A stretch of DNA of 64,000 bases from the NCBI RefSeq assembly GCF_035594765.1, contig NC_085845.1, forward strand, positions 127,798,897-127,862,896, given 5' to 3'. The DNA is from Anolis carolinensis. Lineage: Eukaryota. How positions within the stretch are numbered: the first letter of the stretch is position 1; each line of letters starts with the position of its first letter. Shown here piece after piece: positions 62,149 to 64,000 of this stretch. The notes under the pieces were generated by a model. That model saw only the letters and a list, made by a program, of their open reading frames with translations, made no database searches and was not told the origin of the DNA. The position numbers were made by a program, and so were the translations under genes.

Positions 62149-64000
62149 CAATAATAATAATAATAATAAAACTTTATTTATACCCCACCACCATCTCCCC
62201 AATGGGGACTCGGGGCGGCTTACATGGGGCCACGCCCAAAACAATACAATGTAAACAGCATATAAAAGAACAGCACAACACAATACAGTAAACAATACAG
62301 TAAATAATATCCATTACAAAATAAAACAAGGAGACAATAAAAACAAGGGCAGACCACATGAACTTTAAGTTAAAACTCGGGGTGAGAAAGACATAAAAAT
62401 AAAAACCACAGTGAACAGAGTCATAAGGGAGTGGGGTATTCTGGAGGATAGATATTAGGGGGAGCAACGGAAAAGAAATATAAAATGGTTACTCTCCAAA
62501 AGCGCAGCGAAAGAGCCATGTTTTCAAGTCTTTCTTGAAGGCTGCTAGTATGGGGGCTTGCCTAATCTCCGCGGGCAGAGAATTCCACAATCGGGGGCCA
62601 CAGCAGAAAAGGCCCTCTCCCTTGTTCCCACAAGGCGGGTCTGGGATATCGGGAGTGGGGACAGGAGAGCTTCCCCTGATGAGCGAAGGGATCGTGTAGG
62701 CTTGTGGTAGGAGATACGGTCACGAAGGTAGATGGGTCCCAAACCGTTTAGGGCTTTATATGTGATGGTATACACCTTGAATTGGGACCGGAAAATAAAA
62801 GGCAGCCAGTGGAGCTCCTTGAACAGGGGAGTAGATCTCTCCCTATAACTCACCCCCGTAATTAACCTGGCAGCCGAGCGCTGGACCAATTGTAGTTTCC
62901 GGGCCGTCTTCAAGGGAAGCCCCACGTAGAGTGCATTACAGTAGTCCAGTCTAGAGGTAACTAAGGCATGCACCACCGTGGTCAAGTCAGACTTCACGAG
63001 GTATGGTCGCAGTTGGCACACAAGTTTGAGTTGTGCGAAGGCCCTCCCGGCCACCGCCGACACCTGAGCCTCAAGCGTCAACGATCAATCCAGGAGGACC
63101 CCCAAACTGCGGACCTGTGATTTCAGGGGGAGTGCGACCCCGTCCAGCACAGGTTGCCACCCAATACCCCGATCCGACGCGCGACTGACCAGGAGGGCCT
63201 CTGTCTTGTCAGGATTGATCCTCAGCTTGTTCCTCCTCATCCAGTCCGCCACAGCGGCCAGGCACTGGTTCAGCATCCGAGGGGCTTCCTTGGAGTCAGA
63301 TGGGAACGAGTAGTGGATTTGCGTGTCATCTGCGTAGAGATGGCAACACCCTCCAAAACTCCGGATGACCTCTCCCAGCGGTTTCATGTAGATGTTAAAT
63401 AGCATGGGGGATAGAATAGACCCTTGCGGGACCCCACAGGTCAATGGCCAGGGGTCCGAGCAGGTGTCCCCCAGCTTCACCATCTGGGAACGGCCCTCCA
63501 GGAAGGACTGGAGCCACAGCAGAACCGTGCCACCGAGCCCCATCCCAGAGAGCCTCCCCAGAAGGATACCATGGTCGATGGTATCGAAAGCCGCTGAGAT
63601 GTCCAAGAGAACCAGCAGGGTCACATTCCCCCTGTCCAGTTCCCTGTGGAGGTCATCCACCAAGGCGACCAAAGCCGTCTCGGTGCTGTGCCCAGGCCTG
63701 AAGCCAGACTGCGAGCGGTCCAGAAAATCAGTGTCATCGAGGAACTCCTGGAGCTGCGTGGCAACCACCCGCTCCAGAACCTTGCCCAAAAATGGGAGGT
63801 TGGAAATTGGTCTGTAGTTGTTACATACAGATGGGTCTAAAGAGGTCTTTTTTAGTAATGGTTTTACTACTGCCTGCTTAAAGCAGGATGGAACTGACCC
63901 CTGACCCAAGGAGGCATTTATAATAGCCACAAACCAATCCAACAACCCATCTTTGGCCAGCTTAACCAGCCAAGAAGGACAAGGATCCAGAGCGCAAGTG
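62149..64000 (-). mobile_element. L2 LINE (RT domain to 3' tail), extends beyond the window
   Basis: RT motifs YRPISNLP, QSGFR, LDISAAFDT, GVPQGSILSP, YADD; one in-frame TGA at 63085-63087; (TTA)n tail. Confidence 0.96.

Noticed and set aside
63154-63840. Plus-strand ORFs over the L2
   Set aside because: Antisense shadows of the GC-rich RT coding region.

Overview
AT-rich, transposon-dense vertebrate genomic DNA, almost certainly squamate and most likely Anolis. The taxon call rests on Sauria SINEs, BovB/RTE, L2, L1, CR1, Vingi, Penelope-like elements and many hAT, Tc1-pogo and Harbinger MITEs. I see no intact conventional protein-coding gene. The only long coding remnant is an L2 reverse transcriptase at the right edge. 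Many insertions resolve exactly by TIR and TSD, including three solo LTRs and several nested insertions. Two Penelope copies carry intact minimal hammerhead ribozyme cores. The most striking non-TE signal is in the unique sequence between transposons. About every 2-4 kb, on both strands, a splice acceptor (usually phase 1) is followed by a short frame with beta-defensin-like cysteine spacing (C-x6-C-x4/5-C-x9/10-C-x4-6-CC). In these frames most cysteines are replaced by codons one substitution away, or the frame is shifted, and a W-x-x-C-x-F motif recurs. I read this as a dense, largely decayed beta-defensin-like exon array. That reading is by-eye inference with a real risk of over-fitting and needs HMM or synteny confirmation. 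TE family names are from recalled consensus motifs, not database searches.
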